From sequence record DRR378314_2555: DNA of 44,476 nucleotides. The stretch is one strand, 5' to 3'. The first letter of the stretch is position 1, and each line of letters begins with the position of its first letter. This document shows, piece by piece, positions 10,337 to 21,600 of this stretch. Both the position numbers and the translations under genes were made by a program. The notes below the pieces were generated by a model. The model ran no database searches and was not told the origin of the DNA. It saw only the letters and a list, made by a program, of their open reading frames with translations.

Positions 10337-11356
10337 CTAATTAACGGTTGATCCGCGTTCTATCATAGTGGGTTCCAAAACCCTTGTGACATAGGTTTCT
10401 TCCTCCATATCGTTTTCTACCTTGTCTATAAGAATTTCTGCCGCTATTTCTCCCATTTGTTCACCGTGTTGGGCAATAGCGGTAAGTCCAGGGGAGGCGT
10501 ATTTGGACAGAAGTCCGTCTGTAAAACCAATAAAGGAAATATCCTCAGGAATTTTTAAGCCTTTACTTTGTACATAGCGCATACTGTGAATGGCAAATAT
10601 TTCATTTACGCTCAACACGGCGTCTACTTTTTCCCTTTCAAAAAAATCTTCAATGGTGTTTTCATTGATTTCCATGGAAGGAAATTTTAATATCAGATCT
10701 TCATTGTAGTCTATACCATTGTCGGACAATGCTTCCCTATACCCCGCAGCTCTTTCCCTGCTTACACTTATGTAGTCCTCAGAAGTAATTAGGGCTATTC
10801 TTTTCCTGCCGTCCTTTATAAATTTGGTTACCGCATTATATGCACCCTTTTTATCATTGATGATTACCTTGTCACATTTTATATCTTCGGCAACACGATC
10901 AAATAATACCAAGGGTATGCCCTGTTCGGTAACCTCCTTTAAATGGTTGTAGTCGTTCTTCAATTGTGTACCGGAAGAAAGGGCCATAATAAACCCGTCT
11001 ATACTGCCATTGGCAAGCAGTTCCATATTTATAACTTCCTTGTCGAAAGATTCATCGGAGACACAGACGATGACATTATAGCCTTTGGCATTGGCGTATT
11101 TTTCAATTCCCCTGAAAACTGTGGTAAAAAAATGATGTACAATATCCGGAATAATGACCCCAATATTTTTAGTCCGCTTGTTTTTTAAACTGATAGCAAT
11201 ATTGTTGGGCTTGTAATTGTATAACTTGGCAAAAGCCTGGACCTTCTCTTTTGTGTCCGATCCAATTTCCTCACTATTTTTCAATGCTTTGGAAACCGTA
11301 GAAATGGAAACCCCTAATTCCCTTGCAATATGTTTGAGGGTGATTTTTCTTTTCAA
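10337..11356 (-). CDS. LacI-family transcriptional regulator of the maltose/alpha-glucan locus
   Basis: HTH ITLKHIARELGVSISTVSKAL, YKPN hinge and periplasmic-binding-type core. TTG start at 11356 (alternative TTG at 11374). Confidence 0.92.
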   Translation of the reverse strand: MKRKITLKHIARELGVSISTVSKALKNSEEIGSDTKEKVQAFAKLYNYKPNNIAISLKNKRTKNIGVIIPDIVHHFFTTVFRGIEKYANAKGYNVIVCVSDESFDKEVINMELLANGSIDGFIMALSSGTQLKNDYNHLKEVTEQGIPLVLFDRVAEDIKCDKVIINDKKGAYNAVTKFIKDGRKRIALITSEDYISVSRERAAGYREALSDNGIDYNEDLILKFPSMEINENTIEDFFEREKVDAVLSVNEIFAIHSMRYVQSKGLKIPEDISFIGFTDGLLSKYASPGLTAIAQHGEQMGEIAAEILIDKVENDMEEETYVTRVLEPTMIERGSTVN

Positions 11357-11395
11357 AGGTGAATTTTTTTTCAAGTGAATATACTACTAAAAACA

Positions 11396-11424
11396 CAAAA
11401 GTATTTGTACTGCTTAGGCACAAA
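11396..11424 (-). promoter_or_regulatory. Bacteroidota housekeeping-sigma promoter for the LacI gene
   Basis: Minus strand TTTG (11424-11421), 17-nt spacer, TACTTTTG (11403-11396), matching the -33/-7 consensus TTTG...TAnnTTTG. Confidence 0.6.
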
Positions 11425-11638
11425 TTGGAATATTAAATAACAAGATGTAAAAATAGTATATTCAGCTAAGGATTGAAATCTATTTTGAGCATTTGTTTAA
11501 ATAGTACATATTTTTGTCAAAATACCATTGAAATAAAAAATGGTGTATATTCGTACAATATTAAACAATTGATACATCGCCAAAGGGGTGATGGTTTGTT
11601 GTTTTGCTTTTTATTTTAAACTGGAAAGAACGAAATAT

Positions 11639-11656
11639 AACGAAAACGTTTTAGTT
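11639..11656. promoter_or_regulatory. Putative LacI-family operator
   Basis: AACGAAAACGTTTTAGTT, an 18-bp palindrome with one mismatched pair and a central CG, between divergent lacI and susC. Confidence 0.65.
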
Positions 11657-11748
11657 AAATTTTAGGCGTTAAAAATAGAAATATAACAATAAATCGACAT
11701 TTTATTATTTATCTTCGGCAATAAGATGGTAAATTTTATGAAATATTG

Positions 11749-11800
11749 AACTCAATTATTATTAAACTCAATTACAACTATCAATTATTAAACTCAATTA
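11749..11800 (+). repeat. Direct repeats in the susC leader
   Basis: ATTATTAAACTCAATTA at 11758 and 11784; AACTCAATTA at 11749, 11765 and 11791; TCAATTA four times. Confidence 0.75.
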
Positions 11801-11813
11801 AAACTAACAATGT

Positions 11814-14800
11814 ATGAAGCTTAAATTACTTAAAAGCTTTTTGCTATTTGGAACATTTTTGTGTTTTGGATTAGCTTCAGCTCAAGAGGTGTCAGGTACT
11901 GTATCTGATGCCAGTGGCCCCTTACCGGGAGCCAGTGTCGTGGTAAAGGGAACAACCAATGGCGCACAAACGGATTTTGATGGTAATTTTACCATAAGTG
12001 ATGTGGATGCAAGTGCCGTCCTTGTTTTTAGCTATATCGGCTACAAAACACAGGAGGTGGCAGTAGGTAACCAAACCACTTTAAATATTATGATGGAAGA
12101 AGATGCACAGGCCTTGCAGGAAGTAGTGATCATTGGTTATGGTACTACAACTGTTAAGGATGCTACCGGTGCTGTTTCCGCAGTAACTTCCGAGGATTTT
12201 AACGGAGGGGTTATTTCGTCTCCCGAACAATTGATTCAGGGTAAAACCGCTGGGGTTCAAATTTCCCAGGGAAGTGGTGAGCCTGGTTCTGGTGTTGCTA
12301 TCAGGATTAGGGGTACTTCTTCGGTTAGATCCAATAACGATCCCTTGTTCGTGGTAGATGGTGTTCCACTTCCTTCTGGAGGCAGTTCTTCTGAAGGTAC
12401 GGATATTGGTGTAGGATCTAGTTCGGCGAGAAACCCGCTAAGCTTTTTGAACCCAAATGATATTGAGAGCATGAGTATCTTAAAGGATGCATCATCAACT
12501 GCTATTTATGGTTCCAGAGGTGCCAATGGGGTGGTTATCATTACTACCAAGAGCGGTAAAGGCGGTGCACAGGGAGGTACTTGGGAGTTTTCTTCCGATC
12601 TAAGTTTTTCTTCCCCCGCCAATGATTTCGATTTATTGAATAGGAGCGAATTCCTATCTGCTGTTTCTGCCTTTGGAGGAACTGCTACCGATTTGGGGAA
12701 TGACACGGATTGGCAATCATTGGTAACTAGAAATTCATCTTCTACCAATAACAACCTTGCCTACTCCCAAAATTATGGATCGGGTAATGTGAGGGCTACA
12801 TTCAACTATGGGAAACAATTTGGGATAGTACCAAAATCCTCACAGGAGAGGGTTACGGGTAGAATTAATCTTTCCCAAAGAGTTTTTGACGATAAGTTAA
12901 GGTTGGATTTGCAAACTACCCTTTCAAGGGTAAATGACGAGGCACCGCCATTGAGTGGTAGTGCTGGATCTACTGGAGATATGCTGGGTGCAGCTTATTC
13001 TGCCAATCCTACCTGGCCTGCTAACAGTAGCTTCAACCCAGGGGATAGGATCAACCCATTAAACTTGTTGGAGAACTGGCAGAGTTTAACCTATACAGAT
13101 CGTTTTCTGATCAATTTTTCGGCCTCATATGATATTGTAGAAGACTTGACCGCAAAGGCTACCGTAGGTTACGATAAATCCAATTCTACACGTGAAGCTG
13201 AATTGGGGAGTAAATCCTTCAATGTAGGCCGTGGTGCCGGTGGTAATGGTAGAGGTACCATAAACGACCTTGATTTGGAGAATAGGTTATTGGAATTGAC
13301 ATTGTCTTACAAAAAAGAATTCGATAATTCGGTATTGGATGTGCTGGGAGGTTTCTCCTATCAGGATTTCAATACCCAAGGTAGAAATGTTGAAGGTTGG
13401 GGTTATTCCACAACCAATTTGAACAGCATGGCCAGGAATTTAACTGAAGCGGCCAGCAAGATTGAATCCATGATTTCTGGCTCTTACCAGCAATATGGTT
13501 ATTCTTCTGGTGGTGATGCCGACCTTTTTGTAAACAGACTTTTTCCAGAGCCGGTTTCAGATCGCCTTGGGGAGATTACCATTCCGGTAAAATCTATTTT
13601 TACCAATACTTTTGATAATACGGACGAGTTGCAATCCTTTTTTGCCAGGGCCAATTATAGTATAGCTAGTAAGTATCTGTTTACGGCAACGGTAAGGGCC
13701 GATGGTTCTTCTCGTTTTGGTGAAAATAACCGATATGGTATTTTTCCATCCGCAGCTTTTGGTTGGAAGATAAATGAAGAAGATTTTATGGGCGATGCCA
13801 TGTCTACCTTAAAACTTAGGTTGAGTTATGGTATTACAGGTAACCAGGATGGTTTGGGATATGGTCGTTTCGCTCGTAGGGAAAGATATTCCACTACTAC
13901 CAATGGTGATCCAAATATAAGTGATGGAGGGGCCGTTAACGTTCCTGGTATTTCAACCGTGGAGTTTGCCAACCCCGATTTAAAGTGGGAGGAGACTACC
14001 CAATATAACGTAGGTTTGGATTTTGGGTTTAACAATGATCGTTTTAATGGATCGATTGATGTATATCGTAAGGAGACTAGGGACTTACTGCTTAATATAG
14101 AGGCAGCACAACCTTCCCCTCAGCCTACTTTTTTCCAAAATTTGGATGCCGTTGTGTTGAATCAAGGAGCTGAATTCTCCCTAAATTACGATATTTTACA
14201 AGGAGAAGACTACAGTTGGACTGCTGGGTTTAATGTAGCATATAATAAAAATGAAATCACCGATTTTGATGGAGAGATTGCTGCAGGAACCATTCGTGGC
14301 GCCGGTCTGTCCAACGCTTTCGCCCAACGCTTGGCCTCAGGACAACCCTTGTATTCCTTTTATTTAAGGGAGTTTACAGGCTTCGATGCTAACGGTAACC
14401 CTGTACATGAAGGCGGGGTGGATAACCAACAGTTCGTGGGTAAAAGTGCATTACCGGATTTCACAGGAGGTTTCTCTACCTCTGCCAATTATAAAAACTG
14501 GTCGGCCTCAATGTATTTCAATGGGCAATTTGGAAATTATATTTACAACAATACTGCCAACGCCTTTTTTACAGGAGGTGCCATTGGGAGTGGTAATAAT
14601 GTAACCCAGAATGTGGTGGAATTGGCAGGACAGGAAGGCAGATTTGCAGAAGCTTCGGTTTCTACAAGATTCTTGGAGAAAGGAGATTTTGTGAGACTGC
14701 AAACAGCTTCCATTTCGTATGATGTTCCCTTAAAGGATGGCTTGTTCAAGTCTATGAGACTTAGTCTTACAGGTCAGAACCTTTTTGTGATTACAGATTA

Positions 14801-14936
14801 TTCCGGTCTTGATCCAGAGGTGAGTGTGGCGCCTGCAAGTGCTGCCCTATTAAATGGTCTGCCTATTGCGGGTATAGACTATAGTGCCTTCCCAAGACCC
14901 AGAACATACACATTAGGATTTAACGTAACTTTTTAA
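11814..14936 (+). CDS. SusC/RagA TonB-dependent outer membrane transporter
   Basis: Signal peptide, CarboxypepD-like N-domain, EVVIIGYG, LKDASSTAIYGSRGANGVVIITTK plug motif, NPDLKWE, C-terminal Phe. Confidence 0.97.
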   Translation: MKLKLLKSFLLFGTFLCFGLASAQEVSGTVSDASGPLPGASVVVKGTTNGAQTDFDGNFTISDVDASAVLVFSYIGYKTQEVAVGNQTTLNIMMEEDAQALQEVVIIGYGTTTVKDATGAVSAVTSEDFNGGVISSPEQLIQGKTAGVQISQGSGEPGSGVAIRIRGTSSVRSNNDPLFVVDGVPLPSGGSSSEGTDIGVGSSSARNPLSFLNPNDIESMSILKDASSTAIYGSRGANGVVIITTKSGKGGAQGGTWEFSSDLSFSSPANDFDLLNRSEFLSAVSAFGGTATDLGNDTDWQSLVTRNSSSTNNNLAYSQNYGSGNVRATFNYGKQFGIVPKSSQERVTGRINLSQRVFDDKLRLDLQTTLSRVNDEAPPLSGSAGSTGDMLGAAYSANPTWPANSSFNPGDRINPLNLLENWQSLTYTDRFLINFSASYDIVEDLTAKATVGYDKSNSTREAELGSKSFNVGRGAGGNGRGTINDLDLENRLLELTLSYKKEFDNSVLDVLGGFSYQDFNTQGRNVEGWGYSTTNLNSMARNLTEAASKIESMISGSYQQYGYSSGGDADLFVNRLFPEPVSDRLGEITIPVKSIFTNTFDNTDELQSFFARANYSIASKYLFTATVRADGSSRFGENNRYGIFPSAAFGWKINEEDFMGDAMSTLKLRLSYGITGNQDGLGYGRFARRERYSTTTNGDPNISDGGAVNVPGISTVEFANPDLKWEETTQYNVGLDFGFNNDRFNGSIDVYRKETRDLLLNIEAAQPSPQPTFFQNLDAVVLNQGAEFSLNYDILQGEDYSWTAGFNVAYNKNEITDFDGEIAAGTIRGAGLSNAFAQRLASGQPLYSFYLREFTGFDANGNPVHEGGVDNQQFVGKSALPDFTGGFSTSANYKNWSASMYFNGQFGNYIYNNTANAFFTGGAIGSGNNVTQNVVELAGQEGRFAEASVSTRFLEKGDFVRLQTASISYDVPLKDGLFKSMRLSLTGQNLFVITDYSGLDPEVSVAPASAALLNGLPIAGIDYSAFPRPRTYTLGFNVTF

Positions 14937-14946
14937 TCATAGCATT

Positions 14947-16503
14947 ATGAACATACAAAAATATATGAAACCCTTTTTCGGCTCCATATTTGTATTGGTA
15001 GGCCTTGTTGGCTGTACCAATTTGGAGATAGAAGAAACGGATTCGATCATAACTAAGGCCACTAGTGGCGGTTTTACACCAGTGGCCAATCCGGCCTCCT
15101 CTCTTAGTGACCTTTATAACAAAGTGGGTGGAGATTTTGCATCCCAAGAAACCATGTACGCCATGTCCGAAGTAACAACGGACGAGTTGTTGATTCCAAC
15201 ACGTGGAACCGACTGGGGTGATAATGGAATTTGGAGACAGTTGCATACCCATACCTGGACCCCTGCGCATTTGTTTATAAAAAATGCCTGGAACAATTTA
15301 AATCAGAATGTATTTAGGGCAAGCGAGATTATAGAAAGTAGTCCGAGTGCAGAAGTATTGGCGGAAGCCAAATACCTAAGGGCATTTAATATGTTTTTTC
15401 TTATGGACTTTTTTGGATCCGTGCCTTTTAGGGAAGTGGACGAAGGTCCTGAAATTAATCCAAGGGTGTTGACTAGAAGTGAGGCTTTCAGCTTTGTAGA
15501 GTCGGATTTATTGGCGGCATTGCCAGGCTTGCCCGATGGTAGTCCAGGTACTGCCAATACGGGAACAGCTACAAAGGCGGCGGCAAATTTTCTTTTGGCC
15601 AAATTATATTTGAATTCCCATATCTATAACGGGGGCACCGCGGATGATGCCAATATGCAAAAAGTAATAGATGCTGTTGACGAAATAGCGGATTTGGGCT
15701 TTGGAATAGAAACGGGGTATTTTCAAATATTCGAATCCTCGGATGATATTGAGACCATTTTCTTTTTAAAGAGTGATATTGGGGCGAGGATATGGAATGG
15801 TTTGCATTATAACATGAACTCCCCGGACAATACAGGTGGTGGCTGGAATGGGTTTTCTACCTTGGCCGAATTCTATGACTCTTTTGAAGGCGATCCCAAT
15901 ACCAATTATGTAGGTGATGGCCAGGAAGAAAGAAGAGGTTGGGTTCCGGATGCTTCCAATGCGGATAATATTAATTTAGGTCTGGGATATGGCTTTTTGA
16001 TCAATCAGCAGTACAATGAAGACGGGACTAAATTGAAAAATAGACAGGGTGGCGATCTAATATTGAAAAAAGAGTTGACCTCCTTGGTAGGAAATGGAGA
16101 AGCTGATGGTGTAAGAATTCTAAAATACCACCCGAATGATGGTGGAGAAATTAACTCTTTTAGACAGCATCAGATTCTTTTTAGATATTCCGATGCCCAT
16201 TTGATGAAGGCAGAGGCCATGATGCGTATGGGAGGGGATATAACTTCAATGGTCAATGAATTGAGACAAGCTAGAACGAATACCCCAGATTTACCCAGTG
16301 TTACAGAGGATGTATTATTGGCAGAAAGAGGTAGGGAGCTATATATAGAATTTTGGAGAAGGAACGATTTGGTTCGATTTGATAAATTCACCGCTCCTTG
16401 GGGTTTAAAGGAAGTAACGGGAGATCCAAATCTGAATCTTTTCCCAATCCCGGAAACGGCTTTGCTTTCCAATCCCAATTTGGTTCAGAATCCAGGATAC
16501 TAA
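14947..16503 (+). CDS. SusD/RagB glycan-binding lipoprotein
   Basis: Lipobox LVGC; AEAKYLRA, LLAKLYLN, FRYSD..LMKAEA, ERGREL..E..RRNDL.RF and NPNL.QNPGY motifs; follows susC. Confidence 0.95.
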   Translation: MNIQKYMKPFFGSIFVLVGLVGCTNLEIEETDSIITKATSGGFTPVANPASSLSDLYNKVGGDFASQETMYAMSEVTTDELLIPTRGTDWGDNGIWRQLHTHTWTPAHLFIKNAWNNLNQNVFRASEIIESSPSAEVLAEAKYLRAFNMFFLMDFFGSVPFREVDEGPEINPRVLTRSEAFSFVESDLLAALPGLPDGSPGTANTGTATKAAANFLLAKLYLNSHIYNGGTADDANMQKVIDAVDEIADLGFGIETGYFQIFESSDDIETIFFLKSDIGARIWNGLHYNMNSPDNTGGGWNGFSTLAEFYDSFEGDPNTNYVGDGQEERRGWVPDASNADNINLGLGYGFLINQQYNEDGTKLKNRQGGDLILKKELTSLVGNGEADGVRILKYHPNDGGEINSFRQHQILFRYSDAHLMKAEAMMRMGGDITSMVNELRQARTNTPDLPSVTEDVLLAERGRELYIEFWRRNDLVRFDKFTAPWGLKEVTGDPNLNLFPIPETALLSNPNLVQNPGY

Positions 16504-16525
16504 AAATTTAGTTTAGGTTTATACT

Positions 16526-16562
16526 AAAAAGAGGGCTGTTCATTTGAACAGCCCTCTTTTTT
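16526..16562. terminator. Bidirectional Rho-independent terminator
   Basis: AAAAAGAGGGCTGTTCA-TT-TGAACAGCCCTCTTTTTT, a perfect inverted repeat between convergent susD and the symporter gene. Confidence 0.9.
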
Positions 16563-16597
16563 ATGCGGTAAAGTTGTTTGGCGAAATTGCCAAGAAA

Positions 16598-18250
16598 CTA
16601 TTTGGCAAAATAAATATAAATTCCAATTACTATAACGCAAATGGCAATCCCTACATGGTTTACATATTTATAGGGTTCTATAGAAACTTGCTTGGTGTAT
16701 TCCAGCTCAAAGGCTTCCTTTCTAGGGTAAAACTTTCCAATTAATAGCATAAGCCCTGCATTTAATAAAAAAAGAATCGCATTTACATGTAAAAAGTGCG
16801 GATAAGCATCGGCCTCTACTAATTTCAATGCGGCAGGGTCGGTAATACCAGAGGCCTTAGCCGATTCCAGAGCATTTTCTACAAATTTGCCCTTGAGGAT
16901 AAACTGACTTATAATATATAATAATGATCCCGAAAAGATGCCTATTTTAGCAGCTATAGCTGGGACCCTTTTTGTAAAATAACCTACCACAATAATGGTA
17001 AAAATAGGAATACTGTATATACCGTTTATTTCCTGAAGGTAATTGAACAGACTACCTGCATTGGCTATCATTGGCGCTATGAACATGGCGGCCAATGCCA
17101 AACAAATACCAAATATCTTACCGTATTTTACCACCGTTTTTTCAGGGGCTTCCTTATTTATATGCTGTTTGTATATATCAATTCCGAACAAGGTTACCGA
17201 ACTGTTGAGCACACTGTTAAAGGAGCTCAAAATGGCCCCGAACAGGACAGCTGCAAAAAATCCGACCAAAGGTTTAGGCAATACGGCACGTACCAATTCT
17301 GGATAGGCAAGGTCACTGGAAGCTAAACTGCCATCAAAATAATAGTAGGCAATCATTCCGGGCAACACCAAAATTAAGGGGCCCAGAATCTTTAAAAAAG
17401 AAGCCAACAATAATCCCTTTTGACCCTCGGCCAAATTTTTGGCCCCCAAGGCTCTTTGGATAATTTGTTGGTTGGTGCCCCAATAAAAAAGCTGTACCAG
17501 CATCATTCCTGTGAAAATCGTAGAAAATGGCACTTCCTGTCCGGCTTCACCGGTAGAGTCAAATCGAGCCGCATCCGAAGTAATTAAATTATCAAGACCG
17601 GTAAACATATTTCCGTCCCCTATGGCCATCAATCCAAAAATGGGTATTAAGATCCCCCCAACAATGAGGCCAACGGCATTAATACTATCCGAAACTGCAA
17701 CAGCTTTAAGTCCACCAAAAACTGCGTAAATAGACCCAATGACTCCAATTCCCCAAATACACAATACCAAGGCAGTGGAATCTGAAACCCCCAAAAGTTC
17801 GGGAACATTGAACATACCACTTATTGCTACGGATCCGGAATATAGGATAACAGGTAAAAGTACTACCACATAGCCGGTTAAAAAGAGACCGGAGGTAATG
17901 GTTTTGGTAGTTACATCAAATCTTTTTGCCAAGAATTGTGGAATGGTGGTAAGTCCTCCTTTTAAATACCTTGGCAAGAGAAATACGGCCGTTACTACCA
18001 TGGCAATTGCGGCCAAAGTCTCCCAGGCCATTACCGATAAACCATCGGTATAGGCGCTCCCGTTAAGACCTACAATTTGTTCCGTAGAAAGATTTGTTAA
18101 CAGTAAAGAACCTGCTATTACTCCGGCGGTAAGGCTTCTGCCTCCCAAGAAATAACCGTCGGAGGAACTTTCATCAGTTTTTCGGGTAGCCAAGTAGGCT
18201 ATAAGTGCCACTAAAAGGGTAAAGCCTACGAAAGAAAGAATTCCTAACAT
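16598..18250 (-). CDS. Solute:sodium symporter, YidK-like
   Basis: GYFLGGR, SLLLTNLSTEQIVGLNG, GGLKAV..SD and YWGTNQ.IIQR motifs; many TM helices. ATG at 18250 preferred over 18313. Confidence 0.88.
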   Translation of the reverse strand: MLGILSFVGFTLLVALIAYLATRKTDESSSDGYFLGGRSLTAGVIAGSLLLTNLSTEQIVGLNGSAYTDGLSVMAWETLAAIAMVVTAVFLLPRYLKGGLTTIPQFLAKRFDVTTKTITSGLFLTGYVVVLLPVILYSGSVAISGMFNVPELLGVSDSTALVLCIWGIGVIGSIYAVFGGLKAVAVSDSINAVGLIVGGILIPIFGLMAIGDGNMFTGLDNLITSDAARFDSTGEAGQEVPFSTIFTGMMLVQLFYWGTNQQIIQRALGAKNLAEGQKGLLLASFLKILGPLILVLPGMIAYYYFDGSLASSDLAYPELVRAVLPKPLVGFFAAVLFGAILSSFNSVLNSSVTLFGIDIYKQHINKEAPEKTVVKYGKIFGICLALAAMFIAPMIANAGSLFNYLQEINGIYSIPIFTIIVVGYFTKRVPAIAAKIGIFSGSLLYIISQFILKGKFVENALESAKASGITDPAALKLVEADAYPHFLHVNAILFLLNAGLMLLIGKFYPRKEAFELEYTKQVSIEPYKYVNHVGIAICVIVIGIYIYFAK

Positions 18251-18662
18251 TATAATTTCGAGTTTAATTGATTGTTGGGCTAAATATATTGGATTATTTA
18301 TAATATATGGCATGTATATTTACTTTATCACAAAATCCACTTACAGGGTGAATCAAAATTCTATCGGGGAAGCGCAAAAAAATATCAATTATTAACATTG
18401 ATTACACCTGTAAATTATTCAACTTTATTTATCTTGGTCCCTATGTTTAAAGGGTGGTTTTTTCCCTTTGAATACCAGCTTTCATAACGATTTTAGATCT
18501 TTTGAATGGAGGTCCAAAAAGGCCATGTACTTTATGGAATTTATTTTTCCTTACTGGCTGGAAAAAATATTGGCAAAATGGATTGAAATTAAAATGGTAA
18601 GTGGCCGTAGAAAATATTGAATGGATATTAAGGCTATCTCAAAAAAATAATCACAAAGATAT

Positions 18663-21600
18663 ATGGGTAAACTTATAATAAGGGGAAGCCTTATTTTAAC
18701 GGTAGCACTATTGTTGGGGTCTTGTTCCCAAAAAAAAGAAGTTGATAAAGTGGTCGAGGGTAATGGGGATTCCTTATTCTCTTTATTGGCCTCGGAAAAA
18801 ACAGGTATCGACTTTGTAAACAAGGTGGTGAACCAGAAAAACTTTAATATTTTTAAGTATCGAAATTTCTACAATGGCGGGGGAGTGGCAATTGGTGATA
18901 TTAACAACGATGGCCTGCCCGATATTTATCTTACCGGGAATATGGTTCCCAATAAACTGTATTTGAACAAAGGGGGGCTCCAATTTGAGGATATTTCCGA
19001 GAAAGCGGGGGTACAGGGAAATAAACCTTGGTCTACAGGGGTAACCATGGTAGATATTAATAATGATGGCTTATTGGATCTTTATGTAAGCAATGCGGGT
19101 AATATGGAGGGTAATAACCATGACAATGACCTGTATATAAATAATGGAGATCTTACCTTTACCGAGAAGGCAGCTGAGTATAATTTGGCCAAGACCGGTT
19201 TTTCTACACACGCCACATTTTTTGATTACGATAAGGACGGGGATCTGGATGCCTATATCCTAAATAACAGTAATGTACCCGTAAGTAGTCTTGGCTATGC
19301 GGAACAGCGCGAGGTAAGGGCCCAGGATTGGGCCGGAGTACCCGATATCTTTAAGGGTGTGGGTGATATGCTCCTTAGAAATGACAACGGCAAGTTTGTG
19401 GATGTTAGTGAAAAAGCTGGTATTTATGGAAGTTTAATAGGCTTTGGACTCGGGGTAATGGTCAGTGATATAAATGGGGACCTCTATCCGGATATCTATG
19501 TTTCAAATGATTTTTACGAAAGGGATTACCTCTATATCAATCAAAAGGATGGAACTTTTAAGGAGGAAATTGAACAATGGACCTCCCATTTAAGTTTATC
19601 CGCAATGGGAATAGACATGGCCGATATAAACAATGACGGCTATGCGGATATCTTTATTACCGATATGTTGCCCGAAGGGGACCAAAGGGTTAAATCTGTC
19701 ATGGAGTTTGAAGGTTACAACGTTTTCAAATTAAAGCAGAGCAAGGATTTTTACCAACAGTACATACAGAATACCCTGCAATTAAATAATGGAAATAATA
19801 CGTTTTCCGAGATAGCCTATTACAGTGGCGTTGCCAAAACCGATTGGAGCTGGGCCGGACTAATGTTCGATATGGACAATGATGGCTTAAAGGATATTTA
19901 TATAACCAATGGGATTAATCACGATCTAACGGATCTGGATTTTGTTGACTTCTTTGCCAACGAAATTATCCAGGAAATGGCACTCACAGGGGAGAAGCAA
20001 TCCATAGATTCCATTATAGCCAAAATGCCCATTGCCCCCCAGCCTAACTACGCCTATAGGAACAATGGTGACATAACATTTTCCAATGAAACTAAAAATT
20101 GGGGCTTGGAATTGCCAAGTATGTCCAACGGAGCGGCATATGGTGATCTAGATAATGATGGAGATCTGGATATTGTGGTAAATAATGTTAATATGGAGGC
20201 CTTTGTCTATGAGAACCACAGCGAAAAAAAGTTCGGAAACAATTATCTTAAATTAAAATTTGAAGGCAGGGACGGGAACAAATTTGCCATTGGTACTACC
20301 GTAAAACTTTATTTTGACAACCAGGTAATTGTACAGGAATTAATGCCTTCCAGAGGGTTTCAATCTTCGGTAGACTATGTAATGACCATTGGTCTGGGGA
20401 AGAATACCTCCATTGATTCCCTACAGGTAATTTGGCCCGACGACCGGACCCAAAAATTCAACAATATTAAAACCAATCAATTCCTGACCCTTAAGAATTC
20501 CGAGGCCCAGGATATATTTGTTCCGAATAATAAAAGTGTTAATCCACTCTTAAAAGAATTGGCCAGTTCCAAGCTTTTGGTGCACAAAGAGAATAATTAC
20601 AATGACTTTGATTACGAGGGGCTGATTTCTAAAATGCTCTCCCAAGAAGGACCGGCCTTGGCTGTGGCGGACGTTAATGGTGATGGTAATGAGGATGTTT
20701 TTATTGGAGGTGGGGCCAACCAGGCAGGGGTACTCTATCTTCATAAGGGCAATGGAAATTTAACGGCCAGCGTGCAAAAAGCCTTTGAAAAAGATGTGGC
20801 ACTAGAGGATACCGCGGCGGCTTTTTTGGATGTAGATGGTGATGGGGATATGGATCTTATGGTAGGTAATGGCGGAAATCAGGTAGGTGATGAAAAACTC
20901 TATAGGGCTAGGCTATATATTAACAATGGAAAAGGGGTTTTTGAGGCTTCATCCCAAATTTTGCCAAGTACCTTTAAAAATATAGCCGTGATTGCGCCCC
21001 ATGATTTTGATAATGATGGGGATATGGACGTCTTTATAGGTTCTAGGAATGTTGTAGGGAATTATGGTTTGGATCCGGACCATTTATTCCTTGAAAATAA
21101 GGGAGATGGTACTTTTGCGGATGCTACAGAACGTCTGGCTTACGATACCAAACAGGCTGGCATGGTAACAGACGCTATTTGGGTAGATATGGACGGTGAC
21201 AAGAAGAAAGATTTAATAACCGTGGCAGATTGGGGCAGCCCCATAATCTATAAAAACTCCGGCAAGAGAATGTCCAAGATGAATACTGCATTGGATAGTT
21301 TAACAGGATGGTGGAATGTAGTAAGTGCAGAAGATTTGGACAATGATGGCGATTATGATTTGATTTTGGGAAATCAGGGGAATAATGTGCCCTATTCCTG
21401 CTCTAGGGAAAATCCCATGAAATTGTGGGTCAATGATTTTGATAATAATGGGACCATTGAACAAATTACTACTCGAAATTTTGAAGGGAAGGACTATCCC
21501 ATTCATCAAAAGAAGGAGTTGACAACCCAAATGGTGGCCTTGAAAAAGCAAAACCTCAAAGCTTCCGAATATGCGAAAAGGACGATCGGGGAATTGTTTT

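Noticed and set aside
11546-11622. Possible small RNA: TATATTCG box, then hairpin CATCGCC-AAAGG-GGTGATG and a T-rich tail
   Set aside because: Weak stem with a G-U pair, interrupted U tract and no properly spaced -33 box; not distinguishable from chance.
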